Below, in pieces: positions 28,205-36,237 of a stretch of 64,000 nt of DNA. A program made the translations under genes and the position numbers. This DNA comes from Deferrisomatales bacterium. Its GTDB lineage: Bacteria > Desulfobacterota > Deferrisomatia > Deferrisomatales > JARGFW01. Each line of letters opens with the position of its first letter. Positions within the stretch are counted from its first letter, which is position 1. The notes below the pieces were generated by a model, which was not told the DNA's origin, did no database searches, and worked only from the letters and a program-made list of their open reading frames with translations. The DNA lies in the NCBI GenBank assembly GCA_029211085.1, contig JARGFW010000003.1, positions 15,938 to 79,937 on the forward strand, in the 5' to 3' direction.

Positions 28205-29166
28205 CGCTCGCTCACCATCACGCGGTTGCGCCCGGCCCGCTTCGCCCGGTACAGGGCGTCGTCCGCCAGGCGGATCAGATCGTCACCGCTCTCCACGGCG
28301 GGGTTGGGACAAGCCGAGACACCGATGCTCACCGTCATACTCACCTCGTGGCCGTCCACCAGCAGGGTCTTGTCTTCCACCCCGAGGCGCAGGCGGTGGG
28401 CAAACTCCGCGGCGCCTTCCAGGTCGGTCTCGGGTAACAGCATGCAGAACTCCTCGCCCCCGTAGCGGGCCGCGATGTCGGTGGTGCGCACCGCGTCGTG
28501 GATCAGCGCGCCCAGGCCCCGCAGCGCCTGGTCCCCCACCTGGTGGCCGAAGGTATCGTTGAGCCGCTTGAAGTGGTCGATGTCGAGCATCACCATGCCC
28601 AGGGGCGAGCCGTAGCGGTCGGTGCGTTCGAACTCCGTGCCCAGGGCCGCCATGAAGTAGCGGCGGTTGAACAGTTTGGTGAGGGCGTCGGTGGAGGAGA
28701 GCTCCTGGAGCAACTCGTTGGAGCGCCGCAGTTCGTCCTGCAGGGCCTTGATCTTGAGCTGCACCTTGATGCGGGCCAGCAGTTCCCCGGCATCGAACGG
28801 CTTGGTGACGTAGTCCGAGGCCCCCAGCTCCAGACCGCGGATCTTGGTCTCCACATCGGTCTTGCCGGTGACCAAGATCACCGGGATGTCCCGCAGTTCC
28901 TCCCGGGCGCGGATCAAGGCGAGGAACTTCAACCCGTCCACTCCGGGCATCACCAGGTCGCACAGGATCAGGTCCGGTGCTGCCTCCAGTACCCGTTTGT
29001 ACGCCTCGACGCCGTTTTCCGCTTCCCGGCAGGTGCCGAACACCCCCAGCCGCCCGGCCAGGCGCCGCACCTCCTGGCGCACGCTGACCGCGTCATCGAC
29101 GATGAGCAGGGAGAAGTCGCGCCGCCCCAGCAGCCCGAGGCGGTCGGCCGCCTCGTCGTCTCTCAC
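28201..29166 (-). CDS. Response regulator-diguanylate cyclase (REC-GGDEF)
   Basis: It lies in ORF 28201..30051. I place the start at GTG 29166, overlapping the upstream TGA (GTGA). The REC domain has [19 protein letters not shown]. The GGDEF active site GGEEF is present, with an RxxD I-site (RTTD) 5 residues upstream. Confidence 0.9.
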   Translation of the reverse strand: MRDDEAADRLGLLGRRDFSLLIVDDAVSVRQEVRRLAGRLGVFGTCREAENGVEAYKRVLEAAPDLILCDLVMPGVDGLKFLALIRAREELRDIPVILVTGKTDVETKIRGLELGASDYVTKPFDAGELLARIKVQLKIKALQDELRRSNELLQELSSTDALTKLFNRRYFMAALGTEFERTDRYGSPLGMVMLDIDHFKRLNDTFGHQVGDQALRGLGALIHDAVRTTDIAARYGGEEFCMLLPETDLEGAAEFAHRLRLGVEDKTLLVDGHEVSMTVSIGVSACPNPAVESGDDLIRLADDALYRAKRAGRNRVMVSER

Positions 29167-29960
29167 CGGTGCGGTGCCGGCAGCCACAGGGGAAGTTGCG
29201 TCGTGGTCCACGGTTCGGTTCCTTCCAGCGTTTCCACGGCTGTGCCCGGCGGCACCTCCAACCGCAGCGCAGCGGCGGGCAGGGTGTCGGTCGGCGTGAC
29301 CTGGCGAAACTCCAAGCGGTAGCCGGGCGCTCCGTAGCCCGGCTGCACGGCGATGGCCCCGGGGAACGGCTGCCCGTCCACCGCCATGTACTCTCCCAGT
29401 TCCACTTCCAACTCGGCGACCCCCGCCCGGCTGAACACGGCCCGCCGGGGCACCTGGGCACCCGCGGCGAACTCCACCTCCTCGAGCCAGTCCCCGCGGC
29501 CGGATAGCTGCAACACTTCCGCGCCGTCTGCCAGCCGCCGGGCCTCCCGGGCCTTCCCCATCACCGGCAGCCGGCCCCGGGTCAGGTCCAACAGCCACGG
29601 CCCCCAGGTCCCCGCGGGATCCACCAACACCCGGCGCTGCTCGGGCAGGTAGATACGGCAAGCGCCCCCGACGGTGCACGCCACCGACAGCAGCGGCCGG
29701 GAAAACGCCCCGCTCACCGCGTCCAGACGCAGCCCCTGGCCAACCACAGCGGTGGCCCCGAACACCGCGCTGCCGCGCCCCTCGAGCCGCAACCGCCCCT
29801 GCACTCGGGCCCCCGCAGGAGCCCCGTTGTACTCGGACAGGACGGCGGCGAGCCGTGCCGGCGGAATCGGCGCCCCGTCCCCGGCGCGCTCCAGGCCTCG
29901 CGGCGCACACCCCGGCCCGACCAGCACCAACGCCAACAGCAGGCCCGCCCCCAGCCTCAC
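29163..29960 (-). CDS. Exported protein / possible lipoprotein of unknown function
   Basis: This 265-aa protein has a GTG start at 29960 that overlaps the upstream TGA (GTGA). The N-terminus is MRLGAGLLLALVLVGPGC, a hydrophobic signal with a weak lipobox. I recognise no catalytic motif. Confidence 0.6.
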   Translation of the reverse strand: MRLGAGLLLALVLVGPGCAPRGLERAGDGAPIPPARLAAVLSEYNGAPAGARVQGRLRLEGRGSAVFGATAVVGQGLRLDAVSGAFSRPLLSVACTVGGACRIYLPEQRRVLVDPAGTWGPWLLDLTRGRLPVMGKAREARRLADGAEVLQLSGRGDWLEEVEFAAGAQVPRRAVFSRAGVAELEVELGEYMAVDGQPFPGAIAVQPGYGAPGYRLEFRQVTPTDTLPAAALRLEVPPGTAVETLEGTEPWTTTQLPLWLPAPHR

Positions 29961-31603
29961 TGCAGTTGCTCCGCCTTCTCCCGGGCCGAGCCGGTGTCGG
30001 GGGAGATCTCCAGGGTCTTCCGGTACGCCTCCAGGGCCTGTTGCGGCTCACCCCACTTCACCAGGGCGTCTCCCAGATGCTCCCAGATCACCGGATCCTT
30101 GGGGGCAATCTCCACCGCCCGGCGCAGGGTGGTCACGGCCTCTTCGAAGCGCCCCTGTTTGAAGTACACCCACCCCAGGCTGTCGGTGATGAACCCGTCC
30201 TGGGGGCGCAACTCCAGGGCCCGCAGGATCAACCCCTCCGCCTCCTCCAGGTACACCCCCTGGTCGGCGTAGGTGTAACCCAGGTAGTTGAGGGCGTGGG
30301 CATCGTCGGGCCGCAGCGCCAGCGAACGCTTCATGTATTCGGCACTGGTGCGCCAATCCTTTAGCTTGTCGTGGAGCACCCCGAGGGTGAAGAACACCCG
30401 GGCGTTGTCCACCTCGCCCCGGGCCACGTAGGCTTCCAGCAGCTCGACCGCGGCGCGGTAGTCCCCGGCGTTCTCATGCAGCCCGGCCAGGGCCAGGAGC
30501 ACCTCCTCGTCCTGGGGGGCCTCGGCCAACCGGGCCTCCAGCAGGGCCCGGGCCTCGGCGCCCCGCTGCAGGCTGCCCAGGGCGATGGCGCGGCGCACCA
30601 GGGCGTCGGAGTACTGGGCGTCATCCGGACCGATGCGGGCGAACACCTCTATGGCCTCGGCGTACTCCTCCTGGGCCAGCAGGCTGACCCCCAGCAGATA
30701 GAGGGCCTGGCTGTCGTCTTGGTGCCCCTCGGCCATGGTGCGGAACACCTTCTCGGCCTCCCCGGGGCGGTCGAACTGCAGCAGCAACACCCCGAGGCGG
30801 AAGCGCAGCCCGGGGTCGCCACCGCTCCAGCGCTCGGCCGCCTCGAACACCTGCACCGCCTCGTCCACCGCGCCTTCGCGCAGCAGTACCTGGCCCAGGC
30901 GCAGGCGCGCCTCCACGCTGTGGGGGTTGACCTCGATCACCCGCCGGTACAACGCCTCGGCTGCCGCCAGGTTGCCTGCTTCCTCCTCCAGCGCCGCGAG
31001 GGCACGCAACCCGGAGCGGTGGTTGGGGGCCAGCTCCAGGGCCCGGCGCAAGCGCTCGCGGCCCTGCTCGGTGTTTCCCTGCTGCGCCAACAGACGGCCC
31101 CAGGTGAACTGGGCCTCGGGGCTGTCCGGCACCTGCTCGGCCCAAGCGGCAGCCTGTGCCAGGGCCTCCCCCGGGCGCTCCAACCGCTCCAGCAGGTGCA
31201 CCGCGAGCGCCTGGGCCTCACTGCCCGCCCCCCGGGTGGCCGCCTCCCGCGCCGGTTCCAGGGCCTCGGCGGGACGCTCCAGCAGCTCCAGCAGGCGCGC
31301 CTGGAGCAGCAGCAACTCGGCACTTTGGGGCCGCAGCACCAACCCCTCCTCCACGGTGCCCAGGGCGGCAGTGTAGTCCCTGCGCCCGCCCAACAGGCGG
31401 GCGAGCTCGGTGCGGATCACCTCAGAGGCCGGGTCGGCCTCCAGCGCTTCGCGCAGGGACTGCAGGGTCTGCTCCAGATCCCCCGCGCGCTGGGCCAGGT
31501 AGGCGCGCAGCAGGGGTTCGACCGCAGACGCCAGGCTGGCTGGCGACGGGCACGGGGCCAGCAGCGCGGCGAACACGACCAACGGCAGGACACAGCGGCG
31601 CAT
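29957..31603 (-). CDS. Tetratricopeptide-repeat (TPR) protein with signal peptide
   Basis: It lies in ORF 29957..32680. The start at ATG 31603 (MRRCVLPLVVFAALLAPC) shares one nt with the mutS stop (TGATG). It has many TPR units (..ALNYLGYTYADQGVYLEEAEGLILRALELRPQD..). The upstream part of the ORF is antisense-frame shadow inside mutS. Confidence 0.85.
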   Translation of the reverse strand: MRRCVLPLVVFAALLAPCPSPASLASAVEPLLRAYLAQRAGDLEQTLQSLREALEADPASEVIRTELARLLGGRRDYTAALGTVEEGLVLRPQSAELLLLQARLLELLERPAEALEPAREAATRGAGSEAQALAVHLLERLERPGEALAQAAAWAEQVPDSPEAQFTWGRLLAQQGNTEQGRERLRRALELAPNHRSGLRALAALEEEAGNLAAAEALYRRVIEVNPHSVEARLRLGQVLLREGAVDEAVQVFEAAERWSGGDPGLRFRLGVLLLQFDRPGEAEKVFRTMAEGHQDDSQALYLLGVSLLAQEEYAEAIEVFARIGPDDAQYSDALVRRAIALGSLQRGAEARALLEARLAEAPQDEEVLLALAGLHENAGDYRAAVELLEAYVARGEVDNARVFFTLGVLHDKLKDWRTSAEYMKRSLALRPDDAHALNYLGYTYADQGVYLEEAEGLILRALELRPQDGFITDSLGWVYFKQGRFEEAVTTLRRAVEIAPKDPVIWEHLGDALVKWGEPQQALEAYRKTLEISPDTGSAREKAEQLQ

Positions 31604-34248
31604 CAGCGATCCTCCTGGGGGGCCAGCAGATCCCGGGCACGGCGGCGCAACTGCTCCAGGCGCACCAGCGCTTCCACCGGGGTGAGGGTTTCCAGATCCT
31701 GTCCGGCAAGTTCCGCCACCAAGCGCTCCTGGGCGCGGTTGACCGGGGCGCTGAACAGGTCGAGCTGGCGCAGGGGCAGTTCCGGCGGCACCCGCTCCGA
31801 CACCGACAGGCGGGGGCGCCCGATCTCGTCGAGCTCCTCGGCCTCCAGGTTGGCCAGCACCTCCCGGGCGCGCTCGATCACCGTGTCGGGCAGCCCCGCC
31901 AGCCGCGCCACCTGGATGCCGTAGGAGCGGCTCACGCCCCCCTCCACCAACCGCCGCAGGAAGATCACCTGCCCCTCCCACTCCTTCACGGCCACGTTGT
32001 AGTTGGCCACCCCCCGCAGGGTGCGAGCCAGGTCGGTAAGTTCGTGGTAGTGGGTGGCGAACAGGGTGCGGGAGCCCACATGGTGGATGTACTCGGCCAC
32101 CGCCCAGGCGATGGAGAGGCCGTCGAAGGTCGACGTGCCCCGGCCGATCTCGTCCAGGATCACCACGCTGCGCGGGGTGGCGTTGTGCAGGATGTTTGCC
32201 GCCTCGGTCATCTCCACCATGAACGTGGAGCGCCCCCGGGCCAGATCGTCGGAGGCCCCCACCCGGGTGAAGATGCGGTCGGCGACACCGATCCGGACCC
32301 GCTCCGCGGGCACGAACGAGCCCATCTGCGCCATCAGTACGATCAGGGCCGTCTGGCGCAGGATGGTGGACTTGCCCGCCATGTTGGGCCCGGTGATGAT
32401 CAGCAACTGGCCCGATTCCGGCCCCATGCGCACGTCGTTGGGCACGAAGCGCTCCCCGGACAGGCTCGCCTCCACCACCGGGTGGCGCCCGCCGACGATC
32501 TCCACCGCGGCCCCCTCGTCCACCGCCGGCCGCACATAGCCCCTCTCCACCGCCAGATCGGCCAGGGCACACAGCACGTCCAGGGTCGCCAGGGCGTCCG
32601 CCCGGCGATCCAGGGCGTCCAGGTGCTCGGCAATCTGCCGGCGCACCGCCACGAAACGCTCGTACTCGAGGACCCGGCAACGATCCTCGGCGCCCAGCAC
32701 CTTGGCCTCCATCTCCTTGAGCTCCGGGGTGACGTAGCGCTCCGCGTTGGCCAGGGTCTGGCGGCGCTGGTAGCGCTCCGGTACCGCCGCCAGGTGCGCA
32801 CGGGTCACCTCCAGGTAGTAGCCGAACACCTTGTTGAAGCCGATCTTCAGGGACCCGATGCCGGTGGCTTCGCGCTCGGCCGCCTGCAGCCCGGCGATCC
32901 AGCCGCGGCCGTCGCGCTGGATCATCCGCAGTTCGTCGATCTCCGGGTCGAAGCCGTCCCGGATCACCCCCCCCTCGGTGAGCACCACCGGGGGATCCTC
33001 GGCCAGCGCCCGCCGCAGCAGGTCAGCCACCTCGGGAAGGGGCTCCAGGGCCCGGGCCAGTTCCCCCAGCACCGCGGCCTCGGCGCCTTCGAGGGCCGTT
33101 GCCAGGTGGGGCAGGACCTCCACCGACTGGCCCAGGGCGCGCAGGTCGCGGCCGTTGGCGGTGGACATCGCCACCTTGCCGACCAACCGCTCCAGGTCGT
33201 GCACCACCCGGAGCTGGTCCCGGAGCCGGCGCCGGGTCTCCCCACGCCGCACCAGCTCCCCCACCCCGTCCAGGCGCCCCTCGATGCGCCCTGGATCCCG
33301 TAGGGGATAGGCCAGCCAGCGCCGCAGACAGCGCCCACCCATGGCGGTGCGGGCCCGGTCCATGAGGTGGAGCAGGGTGCCCTCCCGGCGACCGCCGGAA
33401 AGGGTCTGGAACAGTTCCAGGTTGCGCTTGGTGGTGTCGTCCAGGGTCAGGGTGCCGTCGCGGGAGTGGCGGTGCAGGCGACGCAGGTTGGCCAGCCCGC
33501 TGGGGTAGTTGGCCTGCACGTAGGCGAACACGGCGCCGGCGGCGCGTGCCCCCTCCGGCAGATCGTCGGTGCCGAACGCCGCCAGATCAGGCACCTCGAA
33601 GTGCTCGCACAGCGCCCGGCGACCGGTGCGGGCATGAAACGCCGCGGCGCGAAACGGGGTGGGGGCGGGCCCGGGCAGGAACACGCCCGCGGGCACAGGC
33701 GCGGCATCCTCTGCCACCAGCACCTCCCGGGGCTCCAGGCGCGCCAACTCCTCGGCCAGCTGCTGCCAGCCGTTCACCTCACCCAGACGGAACTCCCCGG
33801 TGGTCACATCGGCGTAGGCGAACCCCAGCACGTGCCGCCCCGGGGCCACGGCCAGCAGGTACTGGGACGTTCGGGCCTCGATCATCTCGGTGTCGGTGAC
33901 CAGACCGGGGGTGACCACCTGCACCACCGCGCGGCGCACCAACCCCTTGGCCTGCCCCGCTTCCTCCACCTGGTCGCAGATCGCCACCTTGTGGCCCGCC
34001 GTCACCAGGCGGCCGATGTAGCCCCGGGAGGCGTGCCACGGCACCCCGCACATGGGCACCGCGTTCTCCCCCTTGTCGCGGCTGGTGAGCGTTATCTCCA
34101 GCACCCGGGAGGCGACCTCGGCGTCCTCGAAGAACATCTCATAGAAGTCCCCGAGGCGGAACATGAGGATGCAGTCGGGATGCTCCTGCTTGATCTCCAG
34201 ATACTGACGCATCATCGGCGTCAGCTTGGGGGGGGTCGCTTCGGACAT
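31603..34248 (-). CDS. mutS: DNA mismatch repair protein MutS
   Basis: This 881-aa protein starts TPMMRQYLEIKQEHPDCILMFRLGDFYEMFFEDA. It has Walker A GPNMAGKST and the blocks DEIGRGTSTFDG and THYHEL. Confidence 0.97.
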   Translation of the reverse strand: MSEATPPKLTPMMRQYLEIKQEHPDCILMFRLGDFYEMFFEDAEVASRVLEITLTSRDKGENAVPMCGVPWHASRGYIGRLVTAGHKVAICDQVEEAGQAKGLVRRAVVQVVTPGLVTDTEMIEARTSQYLLAVAPGRHVLGFAYADVTTGEFRLGEVNGWQQLAEELARLEPREVLVAEDAAPVPAGVFLPGPAPTPFRAAAFHARTGRRALCEHFEVPDLAAFGTDDLPEGARAAGAVFAYVQANYPSGLANLRRLHRHSRDGTLTLDDTTKRNLELFQTLSGGRREGTLLHLMDRARTAMGGRCLRRWLAYPLRDPGRIEGRLDGVGELVRRGETRRRLRDQLRVVHDLERLVGKVAMSTANGRDLRALGQSVEVLPHLATALEGAEAAVLGELARALEPLPEVADLLRRALAEDPPVVLTEGGVIRDGFDPEIDELRMIQRDGRGWIAGLQAAEREATGIGSLKIGFNKVFGYYLEVTRAHLAAVPERYQRRQTLANAERYVTPELKEMEAKVLGAEDRCRVLEYERFVAVRRQIAEHLDALDRRADALATLDVLCALADLAVERGYVRPAVDEGAAVEIVGGRHPVVEASLSGERFVPNDVRMGPESGQLLIITGPNMAGKSTILRQTALIVLMAQMGSFVPAERVRIGVADRIFTRVGASDDLARGRSTFMVEMTEAANILHNATPRSVVILDEIGRGTSTFDGLSIAWAVAEYIHHVGSRTLFATHYHELTDLARTLRGVANYNVAVKEWEGQVIFLRRLVEGGVSRSYGIQVARLAGLPDTVIERAREVLANLEAEELDEIGRPRLSVSERVPPELPLRQLDLFSAPVNRAQERLVAELAGQDLETLTPVEALVRLEQLRRRARDLLAPQEDR

Positions 34249-34372
34249 GGACTCGGCTCGGGGCGGGCGGGCTCAGCCGCCCGGCGGGGTGGGCCTGTCA
34301 CCCCGCCGCGGGCTCGGGGCTCGGGGCGGAGGGCCGGGACAGCAGAGGAGAGGACGGCCCTCTCGGGCGGTG

Positions 34373-34777
34373 CTACAGGGTGGGTTCGTCATCCCGGATT
34401 GCGGGGGCCTCGATTCGCGGCTGTGCCCCCGCGGCCGGCTCGGCGGCTGGAGGCGGCCTGAGTTCGGCCAGTTGGGACCGCAGGGTGTCGGTCTCGGCCT
34501 CCAGGGTGCGGATGCGCTTGTTGCGCCGGCGGATCTCGGTCTTGCGGGCGATGCGCTCGTAGATGCCGTGGAAACCGGCGGCGAGGAGCCCCAGCAGGAA
34601 GAACACCCCATAGAGCAGCACCACCGGGAACTCGGGAGTCTGCCACTGGTAACCCTCGGCGTACAAGTCGAACACGAAGTGGGTCTTGGTGCTGAGGATC
34701 TCGGCATTCTGGTAGCCCAACAGCACCAACAGCAGCACCGCGACCGCGAACACGACTTTCTTCAGTAGCGACAGCAT
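34373..34777 (-). CDS. LapA-family (DUF1049-like) inner-membrane protein
   Basis: This 134-aa protein has two transmembrane helices followed by a basic coiled segment (RKTEIRRRNKRIRTLEAETDTLRSQLAEL), the architecture of LapA/YciS. Confidence 0.6.
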   Translation of the reverse strand: MLSLLKKVVFAVAVLLLVLLGYQNAEILSTKTHFVFDLYAEGYQWQTPEFPVVLLYGVFFLLGLLAAGFHGIYERIARKTEIRRRNKRIRTLEAETDTLRSQLAELRPPPAAEPAAGAQPRIEAPAIRDDEPTL

Positions 34778-34926
34778 GCCCCACTCCCCTCATTGCATCG
34801 TTGACCGGGCCGGCGCCAGCCAACCGGGTGTCGACGTCTCGTGGCATTGTACCCGGGCCGGCGGGCTGCGTCACCCGCGGCTTCGTGCAACCCCGGCAGG
34901 CAGGTCCCGGAGTCTCCGCGACCACT

Positions 34927-34967
34927 GTGCGGGTGGGGAGGTCCGATCGAGAAGGGATGCGGCCACC
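34927..34967. repeat. Conserved intergenic motif, copy A (GTGCGGG-N8-CCGATCGA-N-AAGGGATGCGGCCACC)
   Basis: The sequence is gtgcgggtggggaggtccgatcgagaagggatgcggccacc. A near-identical copy lies at 50241-50282. The flanks can pair (GGGTGG/CCACCC). Confidence 0.6.
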
Positions 34968-35048
34968 CAGACCAGAGTGTTCGGCATCGCAGCCCGCAGC
35001 GAGCGGGCCTCCCCGCCCGCACACCTCGGCGTTGAGCGATTCCCATGA

Positions 35049-35552
35049 TCACTCCCCTCCCACCAGCCGAAACTCCACCGCCACCCGATAGCCCTCGAGG
35101 GTCAGCAGCGCCACACTGCCCCGCCTGCTCCCCCGCGGGTGAAACGCCGAGCCGGGGTTCACCAGCCAGCGGTCGCCCACCTGCCGCGCCAGGGGCCGGT
35201 GGCTGTGGCCGAACACCACTACCCGCGCCTCGTCGGGACCGAACGCTTCCAGCACCCGTTGCTCCAACCCGGCCGGGGCGCCCCAGCCGTGCACCAGACC
35301 CACGGCAATCCCGTTCAACTGCACCACCCGCCGGGTGGGGAGGGCTCGACCCCGAACTCCCAGGTCCATATTGCCCGCCACCGCGAGGTAGGGGCGCGGC
35401 TCTTCGTCCTCCAGATACCCGATTACCCCGTCGCCCACGTGGTCTCCGGCGTGGAGCAGCACCTCGGCATCGCCCAGTTCCTCGGCCAACACTCGCCGCA
35501 AGTGCCCCTCCGGATGCGCCAGATGGGTGTCCGACAACAGTCCCACCCGCAT
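35049..35552 (-). CDS. YfcE/MJ0936-family metallophosphoesterase
   Basis: This 167-aa protein has the motifs LSDTH, AGDHV, GNMD, GHSH. Its start ATG shares a nt with the dtd stop (TGATG). Confidence 0.85.
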   Translation of the reverse strand: MRVGLLSDTHLAHPEGHLRRVLAEELGDAEVLLHAGDHVGDGVIGYLEDEEPRPYLAVAGNMDLGVRGRALPTRRVVQLNGIAVGLVHGWGAPAGLEQRVLEAFGPDEARVVVFGHSHRPLARQVGDRWLVNPGSAFHPRGSRRGSVALLTLEGYRVAVEFRLVGGE

Positions 35553-36007
35553 CAGAACAACCGCCGCGACTCGAGCAGCAGGGTCACCGGACCGTCGTTG
35601 ACCAGTTCCACCGCCATCTCGGCCCGAAAGCGCCCGGTGGCCACGGGGACGCCGGCTGCGGCGATGCGCTCCGCCACTTGCAGATACAGGATCTCCGCCC
35701 GTTCCGGGGGGGCCGACGCCGTGAACGACGGCCTCCGCCCCTTGCGGCAGTCCCCCAACAGGGTGAACTGGCTCACCACCAGGACACCGCCGCCGACCGC
35801 GTGCAGGCCCAGGTTCATCTTGCCCGCACCGTCCTCAAACACCCGCAGGCCTACCACCTTGTCGGCGATGTAGGCCGCGTCCGCTTCCCCGTCCCCCTGC
35901 TCCACCCCCACCAGGACGACGAACCCGGTGCCGATACGGCCCACCGTCTCGCTCCCCACCCGCACCTCGGCCCGGCGGACCCGCTGCACCACCGCTCGCA
36001 CTGTCAT
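35552..36007 (-). CDS. dtd: D-aminoacyl-tRNA deacylase
   Basis: It lies in ORF 35552..36043, starting at ATG 36007 (MTVRAVVQRV). Matching blocks are GFVVLVGV, SQFTL, NDGPVTLLLE. Confidence 0.9.
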   Translation of the reverse strand: MTVRAVVQRVRRAEVRVGSETVGRIGTGFVVLVGVEQGDGEADAAYIADKVVGLRVFEDGAGKMNLGLHAVGGGVLVVSQFTLLGDCRKGRRPSFTASAPPERAEILYLQVAERIAAAGVPVATGRFRAEMAVELVNDGPVTLLLESRRLF

Positions 36008-36237
36008 CCGCCCCGCACACTGGGGTTGGAAAAGGAGCCGCATGGTAGCCGATAGCCCCCGGAGGCGACAAGGTCGGCTCCGGCCTTCCCCCCCGGGGGA
36101 CTGCGGAGATTTTTCATCGCCGCGTTTCCATGCCCGACGTCACCCCGAGGCCCGAGAGGAGGGCGGGAGGTGTGATTCCTGGTAGGCGTCCGGCGGGACC
36201 CGGCGCAGTTCACCCGCCGGCGACCCCGGCAGGCTCC

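Noticed and set aside
28201-32680. The single long ORFs 28201..30051 (616 aa) and 29957..32680 (907 aa), taken at face value.
   Set aside because: The N-terminal parts are out-of-frame shadows of the upstream genes (the exported-protein gene and mutS). Real starts are at overlap junctions 29166 and 31603, where the domain sequence (REC, signal peptide plus TPR) begins.
34249-34372. GC-rich inverted repeats between the lapA-like gene and mutS (GAGGGCCG-N18-CGGCCCTC), considered as an intrinsic terminator.
   Set aside because: The loop is long and there is no U-tract. Such inverted repeats are frequent by chance in this GC-rich DNA.
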